A stretch of 64,000 nucleotides of DNA, from sequence record MK295204, one strand, 5' to 3'. This DNA is from Shigella phage vB_SdyM_006. Every line of letters starts with the position of its first letter. The first letter of the stretch is position 1. The notes below the pieces were generated by a model that was not told where the DNA came from, did no database searches, and saw nothing but the letters and a program-made list of their open reading frames with translations. Both the position numbers and the translations under genes were made by a program. Of this stretch, positions 8,134-16,816 are shown in pieces.

Positions 8134-8478
8134 ATGAATAAGACACAAATCAATGCAGTTTTAAAAACTTTAGGTTATGGTAATTTACGTTATTCTAATG
8201 GTAAAACATACCGCAGAGGAAACTCTATGGTTAAAGGTTTTCATTTAATTTCTACTGGTGCATGTATGGTGACTTCACCAGAAACACAAAAATTTAGTGA
8301 TCTTGTTAATGAGTTAAAACAACATTTTGAATTACAATCATATTATGACAATTGCATGGCAATATTTGTGACAGGAAAATTAAAAATTGTTGTTTGTTTA
8401 ACAAATTTTAATACATACGGTGGCTTAAACCCAGATTATAAAACATGGTTTGCATCTGTTAATATTGAAAAGTTATAA
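8134..8478 (+). CDS. hypothetical protein (114 aa), rightward moron-like gene
   Basis: ATG at 8134 preceded by GGAG; opposite orientation to neighbours; own promoter and terminator. Confidence 0.55.
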   Translation: MNKTQINAVLKTLGYGNLRYSNGKTYRRGNSMVKGFHLISTGACMVTSPETQKFSDLVNELKQHFELQSYYDNCMAIFVTGKLKIVVCLTNFNTYGGLNPDYKTWFASVNIEKL

Positions 8479-8481
8479 AAC

Positions 8482-8509
8482 AAAAATGGGACCGTAAGGT
8501 CCCATTTTC
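8482..8509. terminator. bidirectional intrinsic terminator
   Basis: AAAAA, stem ATGGGACC, loop GTAA, stem GGTCCCAT, TTTT; between 8134..8478 (+) and gp54 (-). Confidence 0.6.
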
Positions 8510-9422
8510 AAATTAATCTTGTTACAGCTCCTATTCCTCCTCCAGCACCACCTAATCTTGTTAAATTTCTTAATGAAGAGCTTAAAGAGTTTTCTTCTGA
8601 AATTGTATCTATGGCACCAATTGCTTTTGATTCTAACCAATCAAGAGCTGCTTGCCTACCGACAGAACCTACCTGCATCACCCTGTATGCGAATGTAACA
8701 TCAAAAACAGCAATAGTATTATTATCTTCATATGAAAGTTCAGGAGCACCTACCGACATAGGAACACACCCTGTGAACATGGCAACAGTATGTGGAAGAC
8801 CGTTTCTATTGTGTAAATTAACCTGGATATCGGCTTCAACATCTATAGGTAAAGCACGTAGTCCTGTGATTGGGTCTTCAACTGAATTCACCCAATCTTG
8901 CATAGCTCGATAATTACTTGCTTCTGAATCCATCCTAAACGAAATTATCAACGGGTCATATTCTCTAGATAGAACTTTTATATTAGGTGAATTATGATTT
9001 TTATCCATCTCATAAGATAGTCTGTTTTCTGGTAATTTGACAGAATAAACCATTAACCCAGATGTTGGAAATGCCATATTAAAGAAATCTAATAGATAAG
9101 TCCCTACTTCAAATTCTCCTAATAATGATTGAACCACACGATTAGACATGGCTCCTAAAAGATATTTAGAAACACCAGATTTTCTCACTAGTTTTTGAGT
9201 ACCAGCAACAACTAGACTTGATACTGCACTAGTTACATCATTTTGAGATATTCCAAGAAAATCTGTATCTATAGGTAAATTGTTAAACAAAAAACCACCA
9301 AAATTATCTAAAAGCTCATTAGTTTTTGATGATGGGGCTGTGGCAAAAACAACACTAAACATGTTTGTTCTTTGGAAGTCAAGATTGACAGCTTGGCTTT
9401 TAAATTCTTCTAATGTATACAT
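8508..9422 (-). CDS. 54: baseplate tail-tube initiator gp54-like
   Basis: 304 aa; position and size fit T4 gene order 29-48-54. Confidence 0.65.
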   Translation of the reverse strand: MYTLEEFKSQAVNLDFQRTNMFSVVFATAPSSKTNELLDNFGGFLFNNLPIDTDFLGISQNDVTSAVSSLVVAGTQKLVRKSGVSKYLLGAMSNRVVQSLLGEFEVGTYLLDFFNMAFPTSGLMVYSVKLPENRLSYEMDKNHNSPNIKVLSREYDPLIISFRMDSEASNYRAMQDWVNSVEDPITGLRALPIDVEADIQVNLHNRNGLPHTVAMFTGCVPMSVGAPELSYEDNNTIAVFDVTFAYRVMQVGSVGRQAALDWLESKAIGAIDTISEENSLSSSLRNLTRLGGAGGGIGAVTRLI

Positions 9423-10465
9423 TATAACAATCCTTCTGCAAACAAAGTTCCACGATTTAGTGTTAAAATCTCTCTAAACGTTATTTCAAGAGTAAACGTA
9501 CTTGGTAAATTTGGGGCCATGGCTAGACCATTAAAATGTCCATTAGGAGATTTGTCAAATCTTATACTAGAAATCTGGGCTGGTCCAAATATATCAGTTC
9601 GGCCATCATAAGAAGATGTTTTACCAAAATTTCGTATAACCCATATTGTTGGGTTACTTACAACAAGAACATTAGTTAAAAAACTTGTAATATTTTCCAA
9701 TATTGTTCCTGAAGTATCAGCACCGTCTGGGGTATTAGGATTTATTAATGTTGTTTTATACCATTCATCAATAGCGGCTTTAATTTCTTTAGCAAATTTA
9801 GACACACCTGTTTCACCATAAGAGAAATAACTAAATATTTCGTAAATATACAAAATTTGTATAAGGTCTTGTGGAGTCCTTGGTGTTAAATGCCAGGTAA
9901 AAACTTTAGTTCTATTATCCGCTCCAGCATACATAGATCTAGCTGTAGTATAAATTTGTTCGCCTTTATCAGCCATAATTCCTTGTGTAATCGAATCTAA
10001 TGCACCAAAAACAGCCGTTGACGCAACATTACTCAAAGCACCTGTTACGCTACCACCACCTTTAGTTAATAAAGAATCTCCAACATCATTAAATCTATGA
10101 GAAATGTTATCTACGTCAGATTGACTTCTTGGCATTAATATATTAGCAACAGATTCTTGACTAAAGGTGGTTGTCCCACCTTTTTTAGAAAAATCAATAT
10201 TAATTGCGTCAACGGCATTTTGTTTTTTTCTAAAGTCTCTTAATGAGCCTGTATCGCGTGCATTATAATTATATGCAGTAAATAACAGCCCGTTTTTATA
10301 TAAGTCATTAAGTCTAAAATCTAAAGCATTATCTGTACCAGAGGCTCGTTCTGCTGGAAACTGAGCCACTAATGTTTTGGTTTGAGTATTTGTTGGATTA
10401 GAAGACCCAGCAGATATTTTTGTTCCTATTTTCTCTACTTCTTCATCCAGAACTTTTATTTTCAT
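9422..10465 (-). CDS. 48: baseplate tail-tube cap gp48-like
   Basis: 347 aa; synteny between gp29 and gp54. Confidence 0.65.
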   Translation of the reverse strand: MKIKVLDEEVEKIGTKISAGSSNPTNTQTKTLVAQFPAERASGTDNALDFRLNDLYKNGLLFTAYNYNARDTGSLRDFRKKQNAVDAINIDFSKKGGTTTFSQESVANILMPRSQSDVDNISHRFNDVGDSLLTKGGGSVTGALSNVASTAVFGALDSITQGIMADKGEQIYTTARSMYAGADNRTKVFTWHLTPRTPQDLIQILYIYEIFSYFSYGETGVSKFAKEIKAAIDEWYKTTLINPNTPDGADTSGTILENITSFLTNVLVVSNPTIWVIRNFGKTSSYDGRTDIFGPAQISSIRFDKSPNGHFNGLAMAPNLPSTFTLEITFREILTLNRGTLFAEGLL

Positions 10466-12186
10466 TAATTAACCTCTAAAGCTTTATACATGCCAGGAGC
10501 AGCATATCCTGTTACAGGATTTTGTTGAATAACAGTCTTATTATTAGCTACATTGTTTTGGACATTAGCTGTATTTGTGGTCGTTTGAGATGATGTTTCT
10601 GTTGTTTCTATATTATTGATATTTTCTGCACTTGTGTAAGCTTGAGATTCTTTAGGATCTTCAGGTTTAATAGATGGGATCTGCTCTAATAACAAATCTG
10701 ATCTATCTAATGCATCTATTCCTAATTTATAATAATCCGAATCGACTTCAACATCTTGGTTATCAACAATAGAACTTGCAAGTTCTCTTAATTCGCCAGC
10801 TATTTTAGTTAAAGCCTCTGGGTTATTTCTATGAGCTTCAGATAAGGCCATTAATTGATTTAATCTAGCTTCAGTTTTTACTTGTTCTTCTATATCGCCC
10901 ATTTCTGGTGCAGATTCATCTTGCTTTTTAGCTAAAGCAATAGCCCTATCAGCATCTTCTCTACTTATAACATTATTTTTTACATAAGTGTTTGCAGCTT
11001 CTTCTATAGACCCACCTGTAAATCTTGCTCTAGCTTTTATCATTGATAAATAGCCTTCATCATCACTTTTGGCGGTATTTCTAATGTCGTTACCACGAAC
11101 TTTAGCCATTAACTTAAGTTCATCTTCGTTAGGCATATAACCTGTATTTTTATTATATGCTTCTATAGTTGCAACTTCTAATTCGTCAGCCCAGTCGTCC
11201 TGCCCTATAGCTCGTAATAATGAAGATAACATTTTTCCTAATGCGTACTGTAAGCCTTGTAAAAGATTTTCTAAAACGTTTACCATACCTTTTACAATGG
11301 CTAATGCTAAATTACCAAAATCGCCTTCTTTCCAGAATTTTTTGACATCTTCTAGTGTAGCAAATATAGAACGCAATATCGGGGCTAGTGGTCCAAGTTT
11401 TTCTTCAAAATCGTCAAAGGCTTCATTAAATAATTTACCCCAATATTTAAAATGAATCATTATAAGGTCCATAGCTAATACTATAGCCAACATTATTGCT
11501 GCCCATTTGGCAGCAAACAACGCCGCTGTTACAGTGTATTTAAACAACATATCAGCTATTCTGTTTGTCATCCCATAAGCAGATTTGAACCCAGTTTTAA
11601 CATTTTTATTTAAAGAATTTAAAACTTTAGATAAAGAGTCTTTTTCTTTATTGTCATCTTTAGGTTCTTTCTTTTTCTTCTCTTCTTCTGGGACCGGTGC
11701 TCTATCGACGTCATCTCTTCTAATAACAAGGTCTTTAATAGCAGATTCTAGTTTATTATCTTCAACCGGAACAGGGAGTTTAGAAAAAGCTTCTTCGGTC
11801 TCAGAAACTTCTGGTTCTACAATTTCCTGTTTTTCTGGTTTAAATTTTTCTTTTAACATATTACTTAATTTAGATATGTTCGAAGAAAAAGAATTTGATA
11901 ATTTAGAATTACTTGTTGCTAAGTCTTTTAAGTTATTATTTGTTTCTTGACTAGAATCTATTAATAACTCAACACCAGCTTGAACATCTTCTACAGAAGA
12001 AACAACTTTAGAAGTCCCAGATTCTACGGTTTCTGCAACTAGCTCAATACCATTTGATAAGTCATCTAAAGAATCAGAAACATTAAGCATAGAGTTAGCA
12101 ACATTTTCTTGGCCTTTAGATTCTTTAGATATTTTATTTTTTTCTTCTATTACTTTATTTCTTCTAAACGAATCAGGTGTTTTCAT
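10465..12186 (-). CDS. 29: baseplate hub / tail length determinator gp29-like
   Basis: 573 aa (T4 gp29 about 590 aa); synteny. Confidence 0.65.
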   Translation of the reverse strand: MKTPDSFRRNKVIEEKNKISKESKGQENVANSMLNVSDSLDDLSNGIELVAETVESGTSKVVSSVEDVQAGVELLIDSSQETNNNLKDLATSNSKLSNSFSSNISKLSNMLKEKFKPEKQEIVEPEVSETEEAFSKLPVPVEDNKLESAIKDLVIRRDDVDRAPVPEEEKKKKEPKDDNKEKDSLSKVLNSLNKNVKTGFKSAYGMTNRIADMLFKYTVTAALFAAKWAAIMLAIVLAMDLIMIHFKYWGKLFNEAFDDFEEKLGPLAPILRSIFATLEDVKKFWKEGDFGNLALAIVKGMVNVLENLLQGLQYALGKMLSSLLRAIGQDDWADELEVATIEAYNKNTGYMPNEDELKLMAKVRGNDIRNTAKSDDEGYLSMIKARARFTGGSIEEAANTYVKNNVISREDADRAIALAKKQDESAPEMGDIEEQVKTEARLNQLMALSEAHRNNPEALTKIAGELRELASSIVDNQDVEVDSDYYKLGIDALDRSDLLLEQIPSIKPEDPKESQAYTSAENINNIETTETSSQTTTNTANVQNNVANNKTVIQQNPVTGYAAPGMYKALEVN

Positions 12187-12691
12187 TTTGGAATAATCCT
12201 AATATGTCGTCGCCATAAACAACTTTGTCTTCAAGGTTTATAGCAATACTTTTTCCAAGTTCATCAGCCCATTTATACACAAAAGCTGGCATACTACCAA
12301 AATCAACTTTTTCTAAACATAATGTTTCTAAAAGTTCTTTAGCTGAAGTGAATCTTTCTCCTGGTAATATGTCTCTAAATTTATATTCTTTTCCTTGATA
12401 AGTAAATTTAGGTGTTGGTAATAGATAAACATCATTTATTGAGTAAGTTTTATCTTTATATACGAATGTGTCTGTACATTTACCATTAAATTCGGCTAAA
12501 TGAAGCAAGACTAAATGAGCTTCTTTAAATGACAAATTTTTATCTACAGAATCAAGAACTATTTTTAAAGTATCTTCTGGAGATTTAGCTTCTTTGAATT
12601 TGTCATAATAATTAAGTCCGAGTTTAGGAATTGTTAATTCTTTTCCATTTATATTAATCTTCTTCAGTGGAAGAATTATCTTTAATTTCAT
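12173..12691 (-). CDS. 28: baseplate hub distal subunit gp28-like
   Basis: 172 aa; synteny. Confidence 0.6.
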   Translation of the reverse strand: MKLKIILPLKKININGKELTIPKLGLNYYDKFKEAKSPEDTLKIVLDSVDKNLSFKEAHLVLLHLAEFNGKCTDTFVYKDKTYSINDVYLLPTPKFTYQGKEYKFRDILPGERFTSAKELLETLCLEKVDFGSMPAFVYKWADELGKSIAINLEDKVVYGDDILGLFQNENT

Positions 12692-13799
12692 TTTTTACCT
12701 TAATATGATCTACTGGTTTAAGAATTTTACTATTACTGAACATGTAAATATGTGTAAAACTCTGATTATTAGACATTTCATGTATAACAGAATCTACATA
12801 AAAAGTACTTAAGAACTGATTCTTAGGGTCATAGAATTCTAATTTATTTCCAGGCGTTATATCAAAATCCCCATAAGTTGTACATTTTGCATAGGAATCA
12901 TATTGAGCCATTGTATTTAATTTAGTCGCTTCTTCATACCCATTTCTAAATAACTGATCTGAATACCCGCCATTTCTCGAAACTAAAATAGAATTTTCGC
13001 CATTTCCATTCACTATCCTAGTACAAGTTTTATCAATCATACTAAAAGAATATATAGTCGAGTTTTCGTATGGGTTTCTATTATGAGAATTTGTTTTTGT
13101 TATCCATTCAAAATCATATGCAAGTGGATATTCAAGTTGATCTGCAAATTGTCCAACCATTAACGGTTCTCCGACTACCATTTCCTTAACTTTTGAATTA
13201 ATGATTTGTTGGAAATCTGTGACGTGGATCCCATTAAAATCATCCCAAACCAAAGCAAACATATCAGATGCAACAGAAATACCAGTATCTCTAACATAGT
13301 CCATATATTCCTTAATTCCAAGAACCCATGGAACTAAAGGAACGTGAATATTCGTGCCAGTGATCGTAGGTTTCAATAAAGGGGTGTCGGTATATAAAAC
13401 ATTTATCATTTCTTCTATAGTCTCTGTGGCGTTCTTGAAGAACACTCGACTAAATTTAAGATTTTTATTTTTATACGGTGGAATCAATTGCATTGTAATA
13501 ATGTTATCGCCTTTTTGATCAACTGATACAGAAGAATATTTTACGGCATAAATTCTATTTTTAGTTATTGATGTATTTGCATTACCTACAGAAATTTGGA
13601 TTATTTGGTCTCCATCTAATTTAGTATGCATATTTTTATGATCGTAAATTTGTAACATCCCTTCGTTGGTCCCGTATAAATCATCTCTAATTGTCAACGA
13701 AGTAAAAGTTCCTGCTAATTCTATAAATCGGTTTTCTAACCAAGCATCATAACTTTGGTATAATTTTATCGATATATTAGGATAACCCACCTTTTGCAT
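12654..13799 (-). CDS. 27: baseplate hub subunit gp27-like
   Basis: 381 aa (T4 gp27 391 aa); synteny. Confidence 0.65.
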   Translation of the reverse strand: MQKVGYPNISIKLYQSYDAWLENRFIELAGTFTSLTIRDDLYGTNEGMLQIYDHKNMHTKLDGDQIIQISVGNANTSITKNRIYAVKYSSVSVDQKGDNIITMQLIPPYKNKNLKFSRVFFKNATETIEEMINVLYTDTPLLKPTITGTNIHVPLVPWVLGIKEYMDYVRDTGISVASDMFALVWDDFNGIHVTDFQQIINSKVKEMVVGEPLMVGQFADQLEYPLAYDFEWITKTNSHNRNPYENSTIYSFSMIDKTCTRIVNGNGENSILVSRNGGYSDQLFRNGYEEATKLNTMAQYDSYAKCTTYGDFDITPGNKLEFYDPKNQFLSTFYVDSVIHEMSNNQSFTHIYMFSNSKILKPVDHIKVKNEIKDNSSTEED

Positions 13800-14550
13800 G
13801 TTTTTTGTCCTTTAAATCTTTTTCTATTAATGCTAATGTGATTGTCCTGTTCATTGGGGTCATTTTCTCTATATCGTTTAGAGAATAGCCTTGTTTAACC
13901 ATGATATGATTAATTTTATAAAATGCTATAATTTCCTCTTCAGACAAAATTATTTTAAACAGGTCTAAAATGTTTCTATATACCATTTCGTGAGTATCAC
14001 AACAACTAAATTTAACAGGGATATAAATTGGATATATCTCTTTTATTATTTGTTCAAAATCATCTAGAGAAATAACAGACATAACAAGATTTTTATTCTC
14101 TTGGTCTAAATCTTCCCATATATAAGAACCATTATTGTCTTCAATTTTATATATACAGCTGTCAAATAATTTTTTTATATCAGTTGTCATTATATCTGTA
14201 AAATCAAAATGAATTTTTATTCCTGAAGTTTCTAGAACAGGTCTTTTAAGTCTTTTCAATTCTAAGTTTAAAAAGGTCTTCTTTTCTTTACCACATTTAG
14301 GGCATTTAAAACGTATAGGAAGAACAGATTTACCAATAGATGAAGTAAACCAAATTATAAATGCATAAGCTCTATATATTTTTGGCATATAAGGAAATGA
14401 CTCTTCTAATAATTCATCTAGTATTTGTTCTGCTTCTTCTTGATTTTTTTCTATTTCACTCCGTACAAATAATAATTGTAAATAATCATCATTAGTAAAC
14501 TGACGAATTCTGTATGTTTTTTCTGGTGTGACTATTCTTATTATGTTCAT
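13777..14550 (-). CDS. 51: baseplate hub assembly catalyst gp51-like
   Basis: 257 aa; first gene of leftward late operon; TATAAATA upstream. Confidence 0.6.
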   Translation of the reverse strand: MNIIRIVTPEKTYRIRQFTNDDYLQLLFVRSEIEKNQEEAEQILDELLEESFPYMPKIYRAYAFIIWFTSSIGKSVLPIRFKCPKCGKEKKTFLNLELKRLKRPVLETSGIKIHFDFTDIMTTDIKKLFDSCIYKIEDNNGSYIWEDLDQENKNLVMSVISLDDFEQIIKEIYPIYIPVKFSCCDTHEMVYRNILDLFKIILSEEEIIAFYKINHIMVKQGYSLNDIEKMTPMNRTITLALIEKDLKDKKHAKGGLS

Positions 14551-14566
14551 AGTGTCTCCTCTTATT

Positions 14567-14574
14567 TATTTATA
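14567..14574 (-). promoter_or_regulatory. late promoter TATAAATA for gp51 operon
   Basis: Exact TATAAATA on minus strand, 17 nt from gp51 ATG. Confidence 0.6.
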
Positions 14575-14578
14575 AATA
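14571..14578 (+). promoter_or_regulatory. late promoter TATAAATA for gp26-gp25
   Basis: Exact TATAAATA on plus strand, 18 nt before gp26 ATG; overlaps minus-strand copy. Confidence 0.6.
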
Positions 14579-14595
14579 GATAAAAAGGAGACACT

Positions 14596-15180
14596 ATGTT
14601 TGAAATAACATGTAACGACATAACATACAACGCTAGATATTTCACTCTAGACGAATACGAGGACGTTCTTAATAAAATAACTGATAATAATATTAAAGAC
14701 GCCATTAGTGGGCTCTTAATTGATTGTATAGACTCCTACGATACAAACTTGCCTAAACACTATGCAGAATGTATTTTTCTTAAATTATGGGCTCACAGTT
14801 TAGGTGGAGTAACTAAAGAACTAAATGATATTTTTGTTAATTTTAATTATATAGAAACACCTAAAGAAAAAGGATTTATTTACAAATTAGATGGATTGAG
14901 TCTCAAAATGAGATATCCAAAATTATTTGAAGACTCTGATAAATTAGAAATGGTCATAAATTGTATTGACTCAGTATTATTAGAAGACCAAACAGAAATT
15001 AAAGCTTCAGAGCTTTCTTCAGATGATTTAAACGTTTTATATTCATACTTGACGAAAGACGTAATTTTTTCGTTAAGAGACGAATTACTTAGACCTAAAC
15101 CGTATATCGCTTTTCCTGTTGATGACGAAATTAAAACAATAGAAGGGTTTAAAAATTTATTAGAGGTGATAGATGAGTAA
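14596..15180 (+). CDS. 26: baseplate hub subunit gp26-like
   Basis: 194 aa; AGGAG RBS; directly upstream of gp25. Confidence 0.65.
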   Translation: MFEITCNDITYNARYFTLDEYEDVLNKITDNNIKDAISGLLIDCIDSYDTNLPKHYAECIFLKLWAHSLGGVTKELNDIFVNFNYIETPKEKGFIYKLDGLSLKMRYPKLFEDSDKLEMVINCIDSVLLEDQTEIKASELSSDDLNVLYSYLTKDVIFSLRDELLRPKPYIAFPVDDEIKTIEGFKNLLEVIDE

Positions 15181-15559
15181 AATGAATGTTTTATATTCTG
15201 ACTTAGACCCTAAAATGGAAAAAGGCTGGGATAAAGACCTGCATAAAGTCGTAGGAGATAGGGCTGTCAAAAATTCTATTCTAGGAATAATTAGTACTAG
15301 GAAAGGGTCTAGACCCTTTGACCCAGAATTTGGGTGTAATATAACAGACCAATTATTCGAAAATATGAGTCCATTAATAGAAGACACTATAGAGCGATCT
15401 ATAGTTTCGGCTATTAAAAATTATGAGCCAAGAGTACAAAGATTAAAAGTTTCTGTTACTGCATTGTATGATTCAAATTCTATAGTTGTAGATATTATTT
15501 TTTCTATTGTAGATAATCCAGACACATTAGAACAGATAAAAGTTCAATTATCAAAATAG
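15173..15559 (+). CDS. 25: baseplate wedge protein gp25
   Basis: 128 aa; motif TRKGSRPFDPEFGC and overall co-linearity with T4 gp25. Confidence 0.9.
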   Translation: MSKMNVLYSDLDPKMEKGWDKDLHKVVGDRAVKNSILGIISTRKGSRPFDPEFGCNITDQLFENMSPLIEDTIERSIVSAIKNYEPRVQRLKVSVTALYDSNSIVVDIIFSIVDNPDTLEQIKVQLSK

Positions 15560-15760
15560 TTTACTATAGTTATTAATTTATTACTTAATAGTTATATATA
15601 ATATATAAAGAACTTAATAAAATAATAAAAATTCTGGAGCTGCGCTCCAGATTTCTTTAGAAATAGTAACATATAGTTATTAATTTATTACTTAATAGTT
15701 ATATAGAATATACTATACTTTTAATAAATTAATTTACTAGAGTTACTATTAATAGGCTAT
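15560..15760. repeat. AT-rich intergenic repeat region, copy 1
   Basis: Two copies of ATAGTTATTAATTTATTACTTAATAGTTATATA (from 15566 and 15673); about 85 bp near-identical to 52358..52441. Confidence 0.8.
15634..15650 (+). terminator. hairpin inside repeat region
   Basis: Stem CTGGAGC, loop TGC, stem GCTCCAG, then ATTTCTTT. Confidence 0.5.
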
Positions 15761-15798
15761 TATAATAAAATGGTTATAATGAATCATTTGGAGGAACT

Positions 15799-16209
15799 AT
15801 GAATTTAGAAGAATTACAAACAATGTTATCAGAAGATTTAAGAATTGATCCATTAAAACTTCAATATGAAGCTGCAAATAATCCAACATTATATGGAAAA
15901 TGGTTAAAAATTTATTCTGATATAAAGAAAGGAATTATTTCTTATGAAGCTAATAAGAAAAAACTTTTAAAACAAAGATTAGACCATTATACTGGACGTG
16001 GTGATGAAGTGTGTATGGACTTATATGAAAAATCAGAACTTAAAACTGTTATTGCAGCTGACCCAGAAATTTTGAAAACACAAACATCTGTGGAATATAG
16101 AACATTATTATTGGATTTTGCATCAAAAGCTTTAGATGCTATTAAAGCCCGTGGATTTAGTATTAAGCACATTCTAGAATGTAGACAATTTGAGGCAGGA
16201 ACAAAATGA
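15799..16209 (+). CDS. uvsY: recombination mediator UvsY
   Basis: 136 aa; KLQYEAANN and LLDFxSxALDAIKxRGFxIKHI match T4 UvsY. Confidence 0.9.
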   Translation: MNLEELQTMLSEDLRIDPLKLQYEAANNPTLYGKWLKIYSDIKKGIISYEANKKKLLKQRLDHYTGRGDEVCMDLYEKSELKTVIAADPEILKTQTSVEYRTLLLDFASKALDAIKARGFSIKHILECRQFEAGTK

Positions 16210-16577
16210 CAAGCATTGATGTATTGAATCAACAGATTGATTTAGCTTCTTCAATTGAAGGAATTACTGACAAAACTCCTGTAATAAAATCAATGAAACA
16301 CTATTTAAGAGATATAAATAATATTAAGCCAATGGCTGAAGGTATACTTAAAAGTAATAAATTACCTGATTATACATTATCTCAAATCATTGAAGAACTA
16401 AAAGGATGGGCTATGGACCATATTTGTGTAGTTTGTAAAAAGCCTATTGATGAGAGTTTAGTTATCTATAACGATAATAATGAACCTGTTCATCCGGGGC
16501 CTTGTTATAATTTTGCTAAAGAACAACCTGTAACAGAATCAGGTCATTCTTTAAATGAAGTAGAATTATTAATGTAA
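16206..16577 (+). CDS. hypothetical Cys-rich protein downstream of uvsY
   Basis: 123 aa; CVVCKK...HPGPCY suggests zinc ribbon. Confidence 0.5.
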   Translation: MTSIDVLNQQIDLASSIEGITDKTPVIKSMKHYLRDINNIKPMAEGILKSNKLPDYTLSQIIEELKGWAMDHICVVCKKPIDESLVIYNDNNEPVHPGPCYNFAKEQPVTESGHSLNEVELLM

Positions 16578-16583
16578 AAAATA

Positions 16584-16609
16584 AAAGACGAGGGTTACTC
16601 GTCTTTTTC
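16584..16609. terminator. bidirectional terminator
   Basis: Stem AAAGACGAG, loop GGTTAC, stem CTCGTCTTT, flanked by A- and T-runs. Confidence 0.55.
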
Positions 16610-16816
16610 TGTTTCTAAATCTTCTAATTCTAATCTCTTGCCTTCTAAGGCATCTCTTATAGAGATATCATCAGTATCTTTAATTTCTAATTCTTTTATA
16701 CGTTTAGAATAATATTTTTCTAATTCGTCTAAACCAGCCAATGTTTGACATTCTCTTATTTTGTTCATAAAAGTTTCGACACTAGCTTCGATTAAAATAT
16801 CTTTAAATTTTAACAT
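16595..16816 (-). CDS. UvsW.1-like small protein
   Basis: 73 aa directly downstream of uvsW. Confidence 0.5.
   Translation of the reverse strand: MLKFKDILIEASVETFMNKIRECQTLAGLDELEKYYSKRIKELEIKDTDDISIRDALEGKRLELEDLETEKDE

Noticed and set aside
15560-15760. Possible CRISPR array suggested by the repeated 33-nt AT-rich motif
   Set aside because: Only two or three copies, irregular spacing, no palindromic GC-containing repeat, no cas genes; a matching block at 52358..52525 points to an intergenic regulatory repeat.
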